Positions 26,786-35,426 of a stretch of 64,000 bases of DNA are shown here, one piece after another; position 1 is the stretch's first letter, and every line of letters starts with the position of its first letter. Under the pieces are notes generated by a model. That model saw only the letters and a program-made list of their open reading frames with translations, searched no databases and had not been told where the DNA came from. Position numbers and translations under genes: made by a program. Location of the stretch: IMG/VR virus record IMGVR_UViG_3300048599_000737, positions 1-64,000 of that record; one strand, given 5' to 3'. The stretch comes from a virus (taxonomy: Duplodnaviria; Caudoviricetes).

Positions 26786-27033
26786 AATACAAAGGTTCTA
26801 TTTGAGGACTAACGCTAGAACTCGCTCACGCCACACCCCCCAGCACCCTATGCGAACTAGCAACGTCATCGTAACATCGGGCGCAACGAGCCCCCCAAGA
26901 CGGACAAAGAACTACTTCGACCCGTTTCCTCTTCATGCAGGACAATTAGCATTCGCTTGCTGTCTTGGCTACAAGAATTTTCCAAAGAATTTTCCAAAGA
27001 GTTTTCCCAACATGGCACTGTTAAAGCCTATCG

Positions 27034-27390
27034 CTACGCCAGCCTTGTTGGCCTATTTGACTGCAATTCAACTTCAGCCGCCAACTGAGCTTCCGCGAAC
27101 TCCACCGCCGTCCGGGGCGAAATGACCGGGGGCTTCTGCACCACCGCAAAGAGCCGCTCCGGAGCGCCGGGATTACCTTTCGCAGACGACCAAGCGTAGC
27201 ACCACCTTGGACTAACGTCCCCCACAAGCTCAAACACCTCGACAATGCCGGTCCACTTCGGCTTGCCATTGAGACTCTCCACAGCCGAGGACTCGCGGTG
27301 TCTCGCCAGATGCCCATGCAAATCCAAGATGACATCCCGAAGCCGAGCAATATACTGCGGGTCCGCCATAAGTTCCTCCTGGTTAAGCAT
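27034..27390 (-). CDS. Hypothetical protein
   Basis: WTGIVEVFEL...CYAWS...FAVVQKPPVISP; coupled to the upstream ORF. Confidence 0.7.
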   Translation of the reverse strand: MLNQEELMADPQYIARLRDVILDLHGHLARHRESSAVESLNGKPKWTGIVEVFELVGDVSPRWCYAWSSAKGNPGAPERLFAVVQKPPVISPRTAVEFAEAQLAAEVELQSNRPTRLA

Positions 27391-27671
27391 TAAGCGTTAG
27401 GTAAAAGCTGAACCAAACAGTCGTTATACAAGTGCTGGCGAATCGCCCGACAATACTCGCAGAGCCGCGCCGTCGCGCCGGTATCCTCCGTGAAGCTTCG
27501 GTTCATCACCTTGTAATCGGTGGCAGGCGCCTCGCCGCAAATCGAGCAAACATCCGTCCGCCCCGTCAGCTTCAGAATCTGTCTGGTCGCAATGGCGCGG
27601 TCCTGGTAGCACACCGCCAGGGCACTGAACCATTCCTGGCTGTGAGGGATGAGATAGTTCATGTCCTGCAA
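27390..27671 (-). CDS. Hypothetical protein with two CxxC pairs
   Basis: CSIC and CEYC. Confidence 0.6.
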   Translation of the reverse strand: MQDMNYLIPHSQEWFSALAVCYQDRAIATRQILKLTGRTDVCSICGEAPATDYKVMNRSFTEDTGATARLCEYCRAIRQHLYNDCLVQLLPNA

Positions 27672-27697
27672 ACTCTAGCAAGAATCCACAAAGGCAC

Positions 27698-28072
27698 TCA
27701 ACGAGTAACTTTCGCCACCGCTTGACGCAAATCTTCCAGCAGGAATGGCTTGCAAATCATGGCATCCACCGAACACAACGCCCCCTCCCCCTGCAACTTC
27801 TCGGCATAGGCGGTAACCATTATAATCGCCTGCTTGGATGAACGCGCTTTGATTGTCGCTGCCAACGCATCCCCTTTCATTCCGGGCATAACATAATCCG
27901 TCAGGATCAGGTCGTATTTGCCCTCGTCATACAGCGCCAGGGCTTCCTTGGCGCTGTAGGCAGTGTCCACCGAGTGACCATCACCAGCCAATATCATCTT
28001 CAGCGCGTCGCACAGAAAGGGCTCATCATCGACCACCAATATGCGATACTGCGGGTTGCTTGGCTGCGTCAT
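27698..28072 (-). CDS. Single-domain response regulator (CheY-like)
   Basis: ILVVDDE, DLILTDYVMPGMKG, MVTAY, CKPF. Confidence 0.92.
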   Translation of the reverse strand: MTQPSNPQYRILVVDDEPFLCDALKMILAGDGHSVDTAYSAKEALALYDEGKYDLILTDYVMPGMKGDALAATIKARSSKQAIIMVTAYAEKLQGEGALCSVDAMICKPFLLEDLRQAVAKVTR

Positions 28073-28099
28073 AGGCCAAATCCAAAGATATAGATTACT

Positions 28100-28528
28100 T
28101 TACCCATCGCCGCCTGAATTGCAAAGCTTTTGTGCCTCCGTTGACGCGCAAGCACTCGAGGTCGCCCTCGCTATCGCCGCCCATACCTCTTCAAGCAAGA
28201 ATGGTTTGCAGATTATGCCGTCCACCTGGAATAACGAACAGCCGTAGTTCACCATCTCCGCATTGGCTGTAGTCATCACAATAGCCTGCTTGGGAAAACG
28301 AGTCTTGATAATCGCTGCAAGTTCATCACCTCTCATCCCAGGCATCCTAAAGTCGATAAAGATGAGGTTGTATTTCCCCTCCTCCAACATCGCCAGAGCA
28401 TCTTTGGCGCTGTGGGCCATCTCAACGACATGGCCATCCGTAGCCAACACTATTTTGAGCGCCTCGCACACGAAGGGCTCATCATCGACTACCAGAATAC
28501 TACCTAGTGAGCTTGGCGGCTGCGTCAT
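28100..28528 (-). CDS. Single-domain response regulator (tandem paralogue)
   Basis: ILVVDDE, IDFRMPGMRG, MTTAN, CKPF. Confidence 0.92.
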   Translation of the reverse strand: MTQPPSSLGSILVVDDEPFVCEALKIVLATDGHVVEMAHSAKDALAMLEEGKYNLIFIDFRMPGMRGDELAAIIKTRFPKQAIVMTTANAEMVNYGCSLFQVDGIICKPFLLEEVWAAIARATSSACASTEAQKLCNSGGDG

Positions 28529-28681
28529 AATGTCAACACACTACGCACTCTACTCCCTGAGTCTTCCGAATTGCAAAGCTTTTTTACCCTGCCCTCAATG
28601 GCCTAGCCGTTGATTCCCTACCAAAGCGGCTGACACCGACGCCAGCCGCCTTGTTAGTGAACCATTCAACAAAACCAAGTT

Positions 28682-28951
28682 ATGAGCAGAATCGACAACG
28701 ACGACCGCAAGATCACCGAACCCACCGAAGGCGATTACAAGGGCAACCCCACCCTGGCCATCCCGCTAGCCAGCGGCAAACCCTTCACCTTTGGCGTGGA
28801 AAAGGCTCACGCCATCCTGCGCCACACCGACGCCATCCAGGAGTTCGCCGCCAAACACCCCAGCCGCACCAGCGGCACCGTGGCCGCCATGCTGGCCAGC
28901 TTGTCCGATACAGACAAGGAGGCCCTCAAAGCCGCGCTCTCCGCCGTCTAA
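28682..28951 (+). CDS. Hypothetical phage protein (possible PC4-like fold)
   Basis: DYKGNPTLAI...PFTFGVEKAHAIL; first gene of the early block. Confidence 0.7.
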   Translation: MSRIDNDDRKITEPTEGDYKGNPTLAIPLASGKPFTFGVEKAHAILRHTDAIQEFAAKHPSRTSGTVAAMLASLSDTDKEALKAALSAV

Positions 28952-28961
28952 TGCTTCCGCG

Positions 28962-28991
28962 TTGACACAGTTTAAACCGTATTGTTACCCT
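28962..28991 (+). promoter_or_regulatory. Sigma70-type promoter TTGACA-N18-TACCCT with extended TGn
   Basis: ttgaca at 28962, tgt-taccct at 28983-28991, 33 bp before ATG 29025. Confidence 0.65.
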
Positions 28992-29024
28992 TATTGCAGT
29001 GTTTCTTTTACTAGGAATTGCACC

Positions 29025-30488
29025 ATGGACACCATGACTGTCTCAAAAGAGCAGTGCTCCGAACGCTTCGCCGCGTTGGTCACGCTCATCAAACATGTGG
29101 GCGGCGAGGCCCAGGCCCGCGTCGCTGCCCACCTCCGTGCCATCACAGGCGGCAAGGTCCAAAGCCTCGCCCTCTACCACGTCTCCAAGGAGTTCAGCGA
29201 CGAGGCCAAGTTCGAGGAATACGCCAACATCAGCTCTGCCCTGGGGGTCGTCCGCGGCCCGGACGGTAAGAACACCCTCAGCAAACCCAACTGGAGCAAG
29301 CTCCAGGGCAGCCTGGGCAATGGCGCCAAGAAAGCCGAGGCTGATGAACCGGAGCACGTCCAGCGTGCGGACCCGCTCAGCGCACCTCGCCCCATCCCCG
29401 CGACACTGACGCCGGAACCAACCGATGCCTCCATAGAGCTGACTCCGGAGCAGCCGCCCCAACCGGAGCCTATCTCCCCTGCCAGCCAAGACCTGGCTAC
29501 CCTGTTGGCCCAAGCGGTCCAGCCGTTCCTAAAAGTTCAGCAGGCCGGACAACTCGACGAAGGCCGGGTTCGGCTTATCTGCCAGGAACAAATCGGCAGG
29601 CTCGACCTGGACGGACGCATCAAGGCGGCGAACCTTAACGGCGCGTTTCCTTTGGACCGGGTGCGAAAGCTCATTGCTGACGCCCTGTCCAACCACGCCA
29701 CCCGCATCGAATTAATCACACCCAGCGGTGAGGTCAAAAGCATCGAAGGGCTTGTCCACAAGTCGTTTGAGACAGTGCTCAAAATGACCCGGTCCCGGGT
29801 GGCTTCCGGCCATCCGGTGCCGGTCTGGCTGGATGGCCCGCCCGGCGGTGGCAAGTCCCATCTCATGGAGCAGGTTGCCCGAGCCCTGGACTTGGAGCCC
29901 TACATCTTGGCCATCGGTCCGACCGACACCAAGACGGCAATCGTCGGCAGCGTGGCCACGGGTGAGTTCAAGCCGGGCATCGCCTACAAACCCTACAAGG
30001 AAGGCGGACTCCTGGGCATTGATGAAATCGCCGCCGGCGACCCGGGCGTTCTGGTCAGCCTCAACTCTTTAGTCGCCAACACCAGCTACCGTTTCCCCAA
30101 CGGCGAGTATGTGCCAAAGCACAAGGACCTCCACGTCATTGTGGCGGACAACACCCGGGGCCACGGCAGCGCCAAGGGAATGATTCGCAATCGGCTTGAT
30201 GCGGCTACGCTGGATCGGTTCGCTTTCCTGAAAGTGGATTACGACGAGCAGCTTGAAGCTGCGCTCTGCGGCAACGCCGCCTGGGCGACCTACGTCCAGA
30301 AGGTGCGTGCCTATATCGCCAGCAACTCTGGCGAATCGGTTTACATCACACCCCGGGCCTGCCTCAACGGGGCGGCCTTGCTGGCGGGCGGGCTCGCCCC
30401 GCAGCTGGTGGCGGACGCGACCGTGTTCAAGTTCTGCTCCCCCGACTTGAAGAACGCCATCATCAGCAGCATCGGAGGTTACCCGTGA
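29025..30488 (+). CDS. MoxR/CbbQ/CobS-type AAA+ ATPase with long N-terminal extension
   Basis: GPPGGGKS, IDEIAAGD, RNRLDAATLDRF; start trimmed to ATG 29025. Confidence 0.88.
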   Translation: MDTMTVSKEQCSERFAALVTLIKHVGGEAQARVAAHLRAITGGKVQSLALYHVSKEFSDEAKFEEYANISSALGVVRGPDGKNTLSKPNWSKLQGSLGNGAKKAEADEPEHVQRADPLSAPRPIPATLTPEPTDASIELTPEQPPQPEPISPASQDLATLLAQAVQPFLKVQQAGQLDEGRVRLICQEQIGRLDLDGRIKAANLNGAFPLDRVRKLIADALSNHATRIELITPSGEVKSIEGLVHKSFETVLKMTRSRVASGHPVPVWLDGPPGGGKSHLMEQVARALDLEPYILAIGPTDTKTAIVGSVATGEFKPGIAYKPYKEGGLLGIDEIAAGDPGVLVSLNSLVANTSYRFPNGEYVPKHKDLHVIVADNTRGHGSAKGMIRNRLDAATLDRFAFLKVDYDEQLEAALCGNAAWATYVQKVRAYIASNSGESVYITPRACLNGAALLAGGLAPQLVADATVFKFCSPDLKNAIISSIGGYP

Positions 30489-31474
30489 GCGCCGCCGTCC
30501 ATTCCCCGGACCTCATTCATTGGCAAAGCAAGACCAAGAACGGTGGCCGGACCACTATCATCCCCTCCGCCGCCGCAGCCATCGCCATGGGTAGGGGCTA
30601 TGTTCAAACCGTTCTGGACAACCTCCAGCGGATCAAGGACGCAGGTTGGGAGAAGGTCCAGTTGGAACTGACCTATCGGCACAGTGGAAAGGTCAGAAAG
30701 AAAACCCTGTCGGTGTCGGCATATGAATGCCGGGAGAAAGGTGCCATTGACAAATACAGCGAAGCCGCTAGCGAGATTACCGTAGGCGACCCCGCTATCA
30801 AGCACAGCATCAGCGAGCTGGCCGCCAAGCTCATGCAAATGGCCCTGGACCTGAATCCCTCCATCAAATCGAGCTACTGCGGCTTCGAGCGCTGGGAGGA
30901 TGGCGACGAGGTTCTGATGGACCTGCTGCGCGAGGGGGATGATCGTCCGTTCCTGCGGCGCAAGCTGGGCCAGACTGAGCCGCGTTCCGGCAAAGGCGAC
31001 GGGGCTTATCGCATCATCCTCAACACGGATGTGGCCTGGTGGGGAACTCCCACCATGAACGCCTCGGTCATGGGCGCGTTGGTGCTGGTCCTCCAGCAGT
31101 ATTCCCCGGTGGAGATCTGGATTCAACAGGGCTGGCTGGGCGACAACCCGGACGACGGGGTGAGCCTGTTCAAGCTGGACTTCAACGGGAACTTCGACCC
31201 CACACAACTGGCGTTCTGGTGCGGCTCCAAGCTCAAGGACGTCCCCTTTAGCCAGTTCGTAAACCGGAGCATCGGCCGGGAATGCTCAAAAACCTCCATC
31301 CATCCCGAACTGCCCTGCGACCTGTATCTGCGCGGCGACTGGATGACCTTGCACGGAATCGACAGCAAAAGCTTCCCGCTCCTTCCACCCGCAGAACAGT
31401 TGAAACTGGCCACCCAATGGATTGCGGACACCTGCGCCAACGTCCTCTATGGCGAGGAAGCGGAGACGGCCTAA
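30485..31474 (+). CDS. Degenerate VWA-like partner of the AAA+ ATPase
   Basis: GTGA overlap; YRIILNTD...GALVLVLQQYSPVEIW Rossmann-like segment; typical phage pairing. Confidence 0.6.
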   Translation: MSAAVHSPDLIHWQSKTKNGGRTTIIPSAAAAIAMGRGYVQTVLDNLQRIKDAGWEKVQLELTYRHSGKVRKKTLSVSAYECREKGAIDKYSEAASEITVGDPAIKHSISELAAKLMQMALDLNPSIKSSYCGFERWEDGDEVLMDLLREGDDRPFLRRKLGQTEPRSGKGDGAYRIILNTDVAWWGTPTMNASVMGALVLVLQQYSPVEIWIQQGWLGDNPDDGVSLFKLDFNGNFDPTQLAFWCGSKLKDVPFSQFVNRSIGRECSKTSIHPELPCDLYLRGDWMTLHGIDSKSFPLLPPAEQLKLATQWIADTCANVLYGEEAETA

Positions 31475-31654
31475 CCTTTGGGCGGCAGTGGCACAATAGA
31501 AGGCATGACGCACGCCTGTTTACAGGCCCGCACGGCGCCGTTACTACACAGCCGCCCCTCTATCCATTCAGGTCATCGCCTGCCGGTGGCCTGACTGGAG
31601 CGCATCCAACCCGATGCGCCATCACAACAACAACAAAACATCACTCACATATCT

Positions 31655-31921
31655 ATGCCAAAACGCATGCACAACCTTAACCTCAACCTCTCTCCCGACC
31701 TGGAAGCCCAACTGCAATGGGAGGGCAACGAAATCCTGGAACAGGATGAAGAGTTCTGCTCCAGTTACCGGTCCATCCGGGACCGCTTCACCAGTGGCAC
31801 CGTCCCTAAACACACGTTCGAGTCCGTGGTTCGCTGGCTGGTGAGCAACTGTTTTCGCCGCGCCAACATTCCGCTGGGGCTGGCCCGCTCCTATCAAGCG
31901 CTCGTAACCCTGGGAGTCTGA
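31655..31921 (+). CDS. Hypothetical phage protein
   Basis: Part of a tightly packed early operon. Confidence 0.6.
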   Translation: MPKRMHNLNLNLSPDLEAQLQWEGNEILEQDEEFCSSYRSIRDRFTSGTVPKHTFESVVRWLVSNCFRRANIPLGLARSYQALVTLGV

Positions 31922-31922
31922 C

Positions 31923-32147
31923 ATGAGAAAACGAGCCAAGATCTTGCGTTACTGGGCTAACCCCGGCGGCGATGTCGGGCTGAGAAACGGAAGTTTCGTC
32001 CGGGAAATCCTCTGGGAAGACGGTGAAAAGACGTTGAGCCAGTTCATGAACGGCGACTACATGGGAACCATTTCCAAAGTGCCCGCTGGCTTCACCGAAG
32101 TCAGCATCCAACACGCCACCGACCTAATTCCAAACTGCTGCAAATGA
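31923..32147 (+). CDS. Hypothetical phage protein
   Basis: 1-bp gap upstream and ATGA overlap downstream. Confidence 0.6.
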   Translation: MRKRAKILRYWANPGGDVGLRNGSFVREILWEDGEKTLSQFMNGDYMGTISKVPAGFTEVSIQHATDLIPNCCK

Positions 32148-32434
32148 ATCCCGCAATGAAACACAAATCCCAACTCCCGCCCGACCCCGATAGATTGAAT
32201 CAGGCGCGTGCCCGCTGGGCCGCCGAACCCATCACCAAGGCCCGCCTTGGAGCCGAACCAGACTCCATCGAAGCGGTGGGCGGGCTGCTCGCCAATATCG
32301 CTCACTGGTGCGACCGCAACGGCGTGAACATGCAAGCCGCCATCCAGCGCGCCGGACTCCACTACCAATGCGAAACCAGCCATCGCGGCAAACAGCTCAC
32401 CTTCAACGAAGAACCCTCATGCGAACCATCCTAA
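32144..32434 (+). CDS. Hypothetical protein
   Basis: NQARARWA...LLANIAHWCD...AGLHYQCE; coupled ORF. Confidence 0.65.
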   Translation: MNPAMKHKSQLPPDPDRLNQARARWAAEPITKARLGAEPDSIEAVGGLLANIAHWCDRNGVNMQAAIQRAGLHYQCETSHRGKQLTFNEEPSCEPS

Positions 32435-32940
32435 TCGACCCTCTCGCCCGCACCATTCAAAACCTCACCCTGCCCGACGCCCATACGTTGGACGACCTGT
32501 ACACCGCCCTCGGCTGCAACAGTGTGGACTGCATCCATCTGGACCCGGAGGTTGACCTCTGGATGGATGACGAGGGGCTCATGGTCCTGCCAACCGGCCC
32601 GGACGGTAATGTCACCCAAGGCTTCTTTGTCCTGCATGACCGCACCGGACGCCCCCACAACCTGGTCGCTGGCAAAGCGTTGCTCACCGGTTCTTGTAAC
32701 CAGGAGACCGTCGGGCTGCCGACCTGGCTCACGCCCGATCAAATCGAGCACATCATCAAATGGGTGCCAGACGACCGACGCAATGAGGCCGCCCGGATTG
32801 CCGGAGCCATCGTCGGACAGAATACCGTGATCCGTGACCAGGCCGATCTGGACAAAATCCGAATCCATTACGCAGTGCTGATGCGCTCAGCCTTGGCGCT
32901 AACAACGCCTTCTTCCACGCCAAAACCCTCAAACACCTAA
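32419..32940 (+). CDS. DUF3846-like phage protein
   Basis: MRTILIDP...LGCNSVD...LWMDDEGL...AGKALLTG; start trimmed. Confidence 0.65.
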   Translation: MRTILIDPLARTIQNLTLPDAHTLDDLYTALGCNSVDCIHLDPEVDLWMDDEGLMVLPTGPDGNVTQGFFVLHDRTGRPHNLVAGKALLTGSCNQETVGLPTWLTPDQIEHIIKWVPDDRRNEAARIAGAIVGQNTVIRDQADLDKIRIHYAVLMRSALALTTPSSTPKPSNT

Positions 32941-32958
32941 ACCAATACCGCAATAAGT

Positions 32959-32982
32959 AACCCTCTATACGGGGTTTCTTTT
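32959..32982 (+). terminator. Short hairpin plus T-tract overlapping a GTAACCCT motif
   Basis: AACCCT-ctatac-GGGGTT followed by TCTTTT. Confidence 0.4.
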
Positions 32983-32991
32983 ATTATCCCT

Positions 32992-33651
32992 ATGATCGCA
33001 CAGTCCCAAATCCCGCCCCAGCCGCCCAACCTGCCCCAGTACATCGGCAAGACTGCGGCCATTGCCGCCACGCTCTGGCGACAGATCCCCAAGCTCCAAA
33101 CCGCCACCGACCCGTGTGAACGACGCTATCTCTTCACCGGCCCGCCTGGCCTGGGCAAGACGGATCTGGCCGAACACCTGGCGGCAGCGCTGGCCGGAGA
33201 CACCTACGAACGGGTCCACGCCGGGATGGCTCTCAACGTTGAATCCCTCAACGGCCAGTCCTGCACCGTGGACGTGGTCCGGCGCTGGCAGGACGCCGGG
33301 CACTACCGCCCCATGTTCGGCGCCTGCCGGGTCATTCTGGTGGATGAGGTTGACGCCCTCAGCAGCGCCGCGCTCAACGAAAGCCGCACCTACCTGGACC
33401 GGATGCCTCTGGGCACCGTGTTCCTGGCGACCACCAACAAACCGGTCAATCAGTTGCAGGAGCAACTCCAGAGCCGGTTTAAGGTGTGTTACTTCGAGAC
33501 GCCCAAACCCGCCGAACTCCAGGCTTGGCTCACCAGCACTTATCAACTGCCCACCGACTTCGCCGCCACCGTGGTCCAGGGTGCCAAGGGCAACGTGCGC
33601 GCCGCCAAGCTCGACGCCTTGGCTTGGAGGGAGGCCAACGCATGCCACTAA
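32992..33651 (+). CDS. Clamp-loader-clade AAA+ ATPase (RFC small subunit/DnaX-like)
   Basis: YLFTGPPGLGKT, VILVDEVDALS, FLATTN, QLQSRF. Confidence 0.8.
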   Translation: MIAQSQIPPQPPNLPQYIGKTAAIAATLWRQIPKLQTATDPCERRYLFTGPPGLGKTDLAEHLAAALAGDTYERVHAGMALNVESLNGQSCTVDVVRRWQDAGHYRPMFGACRVILVDEVDALSSAALNESRTYLDRMPLGTVFLATTNKPVNQLQEQLQSRFKVCYFETPKPAELQAWLTSTYQLPTDFAATVVQGAKGNVRAAKLDALAWREANACH

Positions 33652-33887
33652 CCGAAGACATCTGCGTCGTCGAGCAAGCCCGCGACGCCATGGCAACCAT
33701 GGCCGTTGACCTCAAGAAGGCCAAACGGACCATCGACAAGCTCCTGACAGCAGCTCCAGCCGGATCGGAGGTTTTTAAATGCCTGACCCGGCTGTCTGAC
33801 TACATCACGTATGCCACTGGCAGCGCCCAATACGCCGAGTGGCACCTGACCAACCACGGCTGGGGCGAGAATCAGGAGGAAACATGA
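33642..33887 (+). CDS. Hypothetical phage protein
   Basis: Start trimmed to ATG 33642; overlaps neighbours. Confidence 0.55.
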   Translation: MPLTEDICVVEQARDAMATMAVDLKKAKRTIDKLLTAAPAGSEVFKCLTRLSDYITYATGSAQYAEWHLTNHGWGENQEET

Positions 33888-34174
33888 GCCGAAACGATTC
33901 CCTATCAGAGGCCGACAAGGCTGAGATTGCCACGTTCATCGACACCGGCAAAACCATCCTCCATCAGGGTCGGACCTTTCACATCCTCAACCCGCCGCCC
34001 GACGAGCACCGCGCCGAGTCGCCTTGGATTCTACGGAGCCAGAGCGGCGGCTACTACGCCCTGCTCCGCAACCTCCAACGTCCCGAACTCCTGTTTGGAG
34101 TCGCCCTCTATCAAACCCCATCCCTGCCCGGCTGGTTCACCGACAAGAGCGGCGAACTGCTCAGCCTGGGCTGA
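33884..34174 (+). CDS. Hypothetical phage protein
   Basis: GGAGG RBS before ATG 33884. Confidence 0.65.
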   Translation: MSRNDSLSEADKAEIATFIDTGKTILHQGRTFHILNPPPDEHRAESPWILRSQSGGYYALLRNLQRPELLFGVALYQTPSLPGWFTDKSGELLSLG

Positions 34175-34178
34175 CCTC

Positions 34179-34337
34179 ATGAAAAGCACACAGCAAATCG
34201 AAGTCAACTGGGGCGAACCCGAAGCCTTCGCCCTGATCATTCAACAAACCACCGACGGCGAGCGCGAGGCCAAAGAGAAGGCCCGCGCAGCCAAAGACAG
34301 ACAGGAATCCGAAAACCGGCAGGAACCATTGATATAA
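34179..34337 (+). CDS. Small hypothetical protein
   Basis: Fills the gap in the operon; start ATG 34179. Confidence 0.5.
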   Translation: MKSTQQIEVNWGEPEAFALIIQQTTDGEREAKEKARAAKDRQESENRQEPLI

Positions 34338-34342
34338 ACCCC

Positions 34343-34843
34343 ATGCAAATTCCACTCAGTAATTCATTCCAAACCGCCACGGTTGACCCGGGCGACGCCA
34401 ATCTCATCCTGTATCGCTGGAGCCTCGTCACCCGCCGGCAGAAACAATACGCCTGCGCCCGGGTCAATGGTCGCCGGGTTTACATGCACCGGCTCATTAT
34501 GGGCAACCCCGCCGCCAAGGTCGTGGATCATGAGGACGGCAACGGGCTTAACAACACCCGCCGCAATCTCCGTGTCTGCACTCGTTCCCAGAACATGGGC
34601 AACTGCAAACCCCATGCCGACCGCAAGGGCCTCTATAAAGGGGTTTGCTTCGAGAAAGCCAGCGGCCGGTTCGTCGCCCAAATCTGTCTCCGTGGCAAGC
34701 GCATCAAGATTGGCCGGTTCAAGTCCGCCGCAGATGCCGCCCTGGCTTACGACCATCGGGCGGCCGAGGCGTTCGGAACCTTCGCCAAATTGAACTTCGC
34801 CAACAGCCCGCTCCCCTATGCTGCCACCACGAATCCACGTTGA
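34343..34843 (+). CDS. HNH endonuclease with AP2 domain
   Basis: YMHRLIM...VDHEDGNGLNNTRRNLR...YKGV...IGRFKSAADAALAYD. Confidence 0.92.
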   Translation: MQIPLSNSFQTATVDPGDANLILYRWSLVTRRQKQYACARVNGRRVYMHRLIMGNPAAKVVDHEDGNGLNNTRRNLRVCTRSQNMGNCKPHADRKGLYKGVCFEKASGRFVAQICLRGKRIKIGRFKSAADAALAYDHRAAEAFGTFAKLNFANSPLPYAATTNPR

Positions 34844-34865
34844 AGCCGCCCGCCTGAATTGCGTG

Positions 34866-35426
34866 ATGTGGGATTCCCAAGCGGGCGACATCTATCAGTC
34901 CATGCAGACCATCATCCCGCCCAGCCGCGTGGTTAAGGTGTTCCTGCACGAGGGCAAGCTCTGGACCAGCACCGGGTGCTGCCTTAGCTTCTACCAGGCC
35001 GAGTCCTTCTGTTATCCGCTCATACCCAGCCTCGAATATTCCGGACCGGAACAGGTAAAGCAGAGTCATGAGGGGGAGGAGGTCCGTCACAACAGCTCAA
35101 AGTTCCGGCTTGGGCCGTGCCATTGGTTCACCGCCAAAGACCGGCCCGTCGAGGAGTGGCGCCGCAGACTCAAGCGCCTGTATGCCAATGGCGGCATGTT
35201 CACCGCGGGCAAAACCTACCATGAAGTTTTGCTGCACGACCAAACCAAGAGCAAATGGAACCCGGAAACGTTAAGCTGGGTTCCCTGCTCCACCGTCGTC
35301 CCCAACTGCTTTGAAGCCATCCGGCTGGAACTGGCCGGGCCGGACTTCGATAAATGGAAACCGGCCACCTCCCCCAGCCCCGCACAAAACAACCTATTCG
35401 CCCCCCAACTCACCTTGGCCTTATGA
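34866..35426 (+). CDS. Hypothetical phage protein
   Basis: ATGA-coupled to the helicase gene; start uncertain. Confidence 0.6.
   Translation: MWDSQAGDIYQSMQTIIPPSRVVKVFLHEGKLWTSTGCCLSFYQAESFCYPLIPSLEYSGPEQVKQSHEGEEVRHNSSKFRLGPCHWFTAKDRPVEEWRRRLKRLYANGGMFTAGKTYHEVLLHDQTKSKWNPETLSWVPCSTVVPNCFEAIRLELAGPDFDKWKPATSPSPAQNNLFAPQLTLAL

Noticed and set aside
26800-26860. Integron attC-like site (CTAAC/GTTAG)
   Set aside because: No matching RYYYAAC...GTTRRRY pair with bulged stem; the integrase lacks evident IntI context
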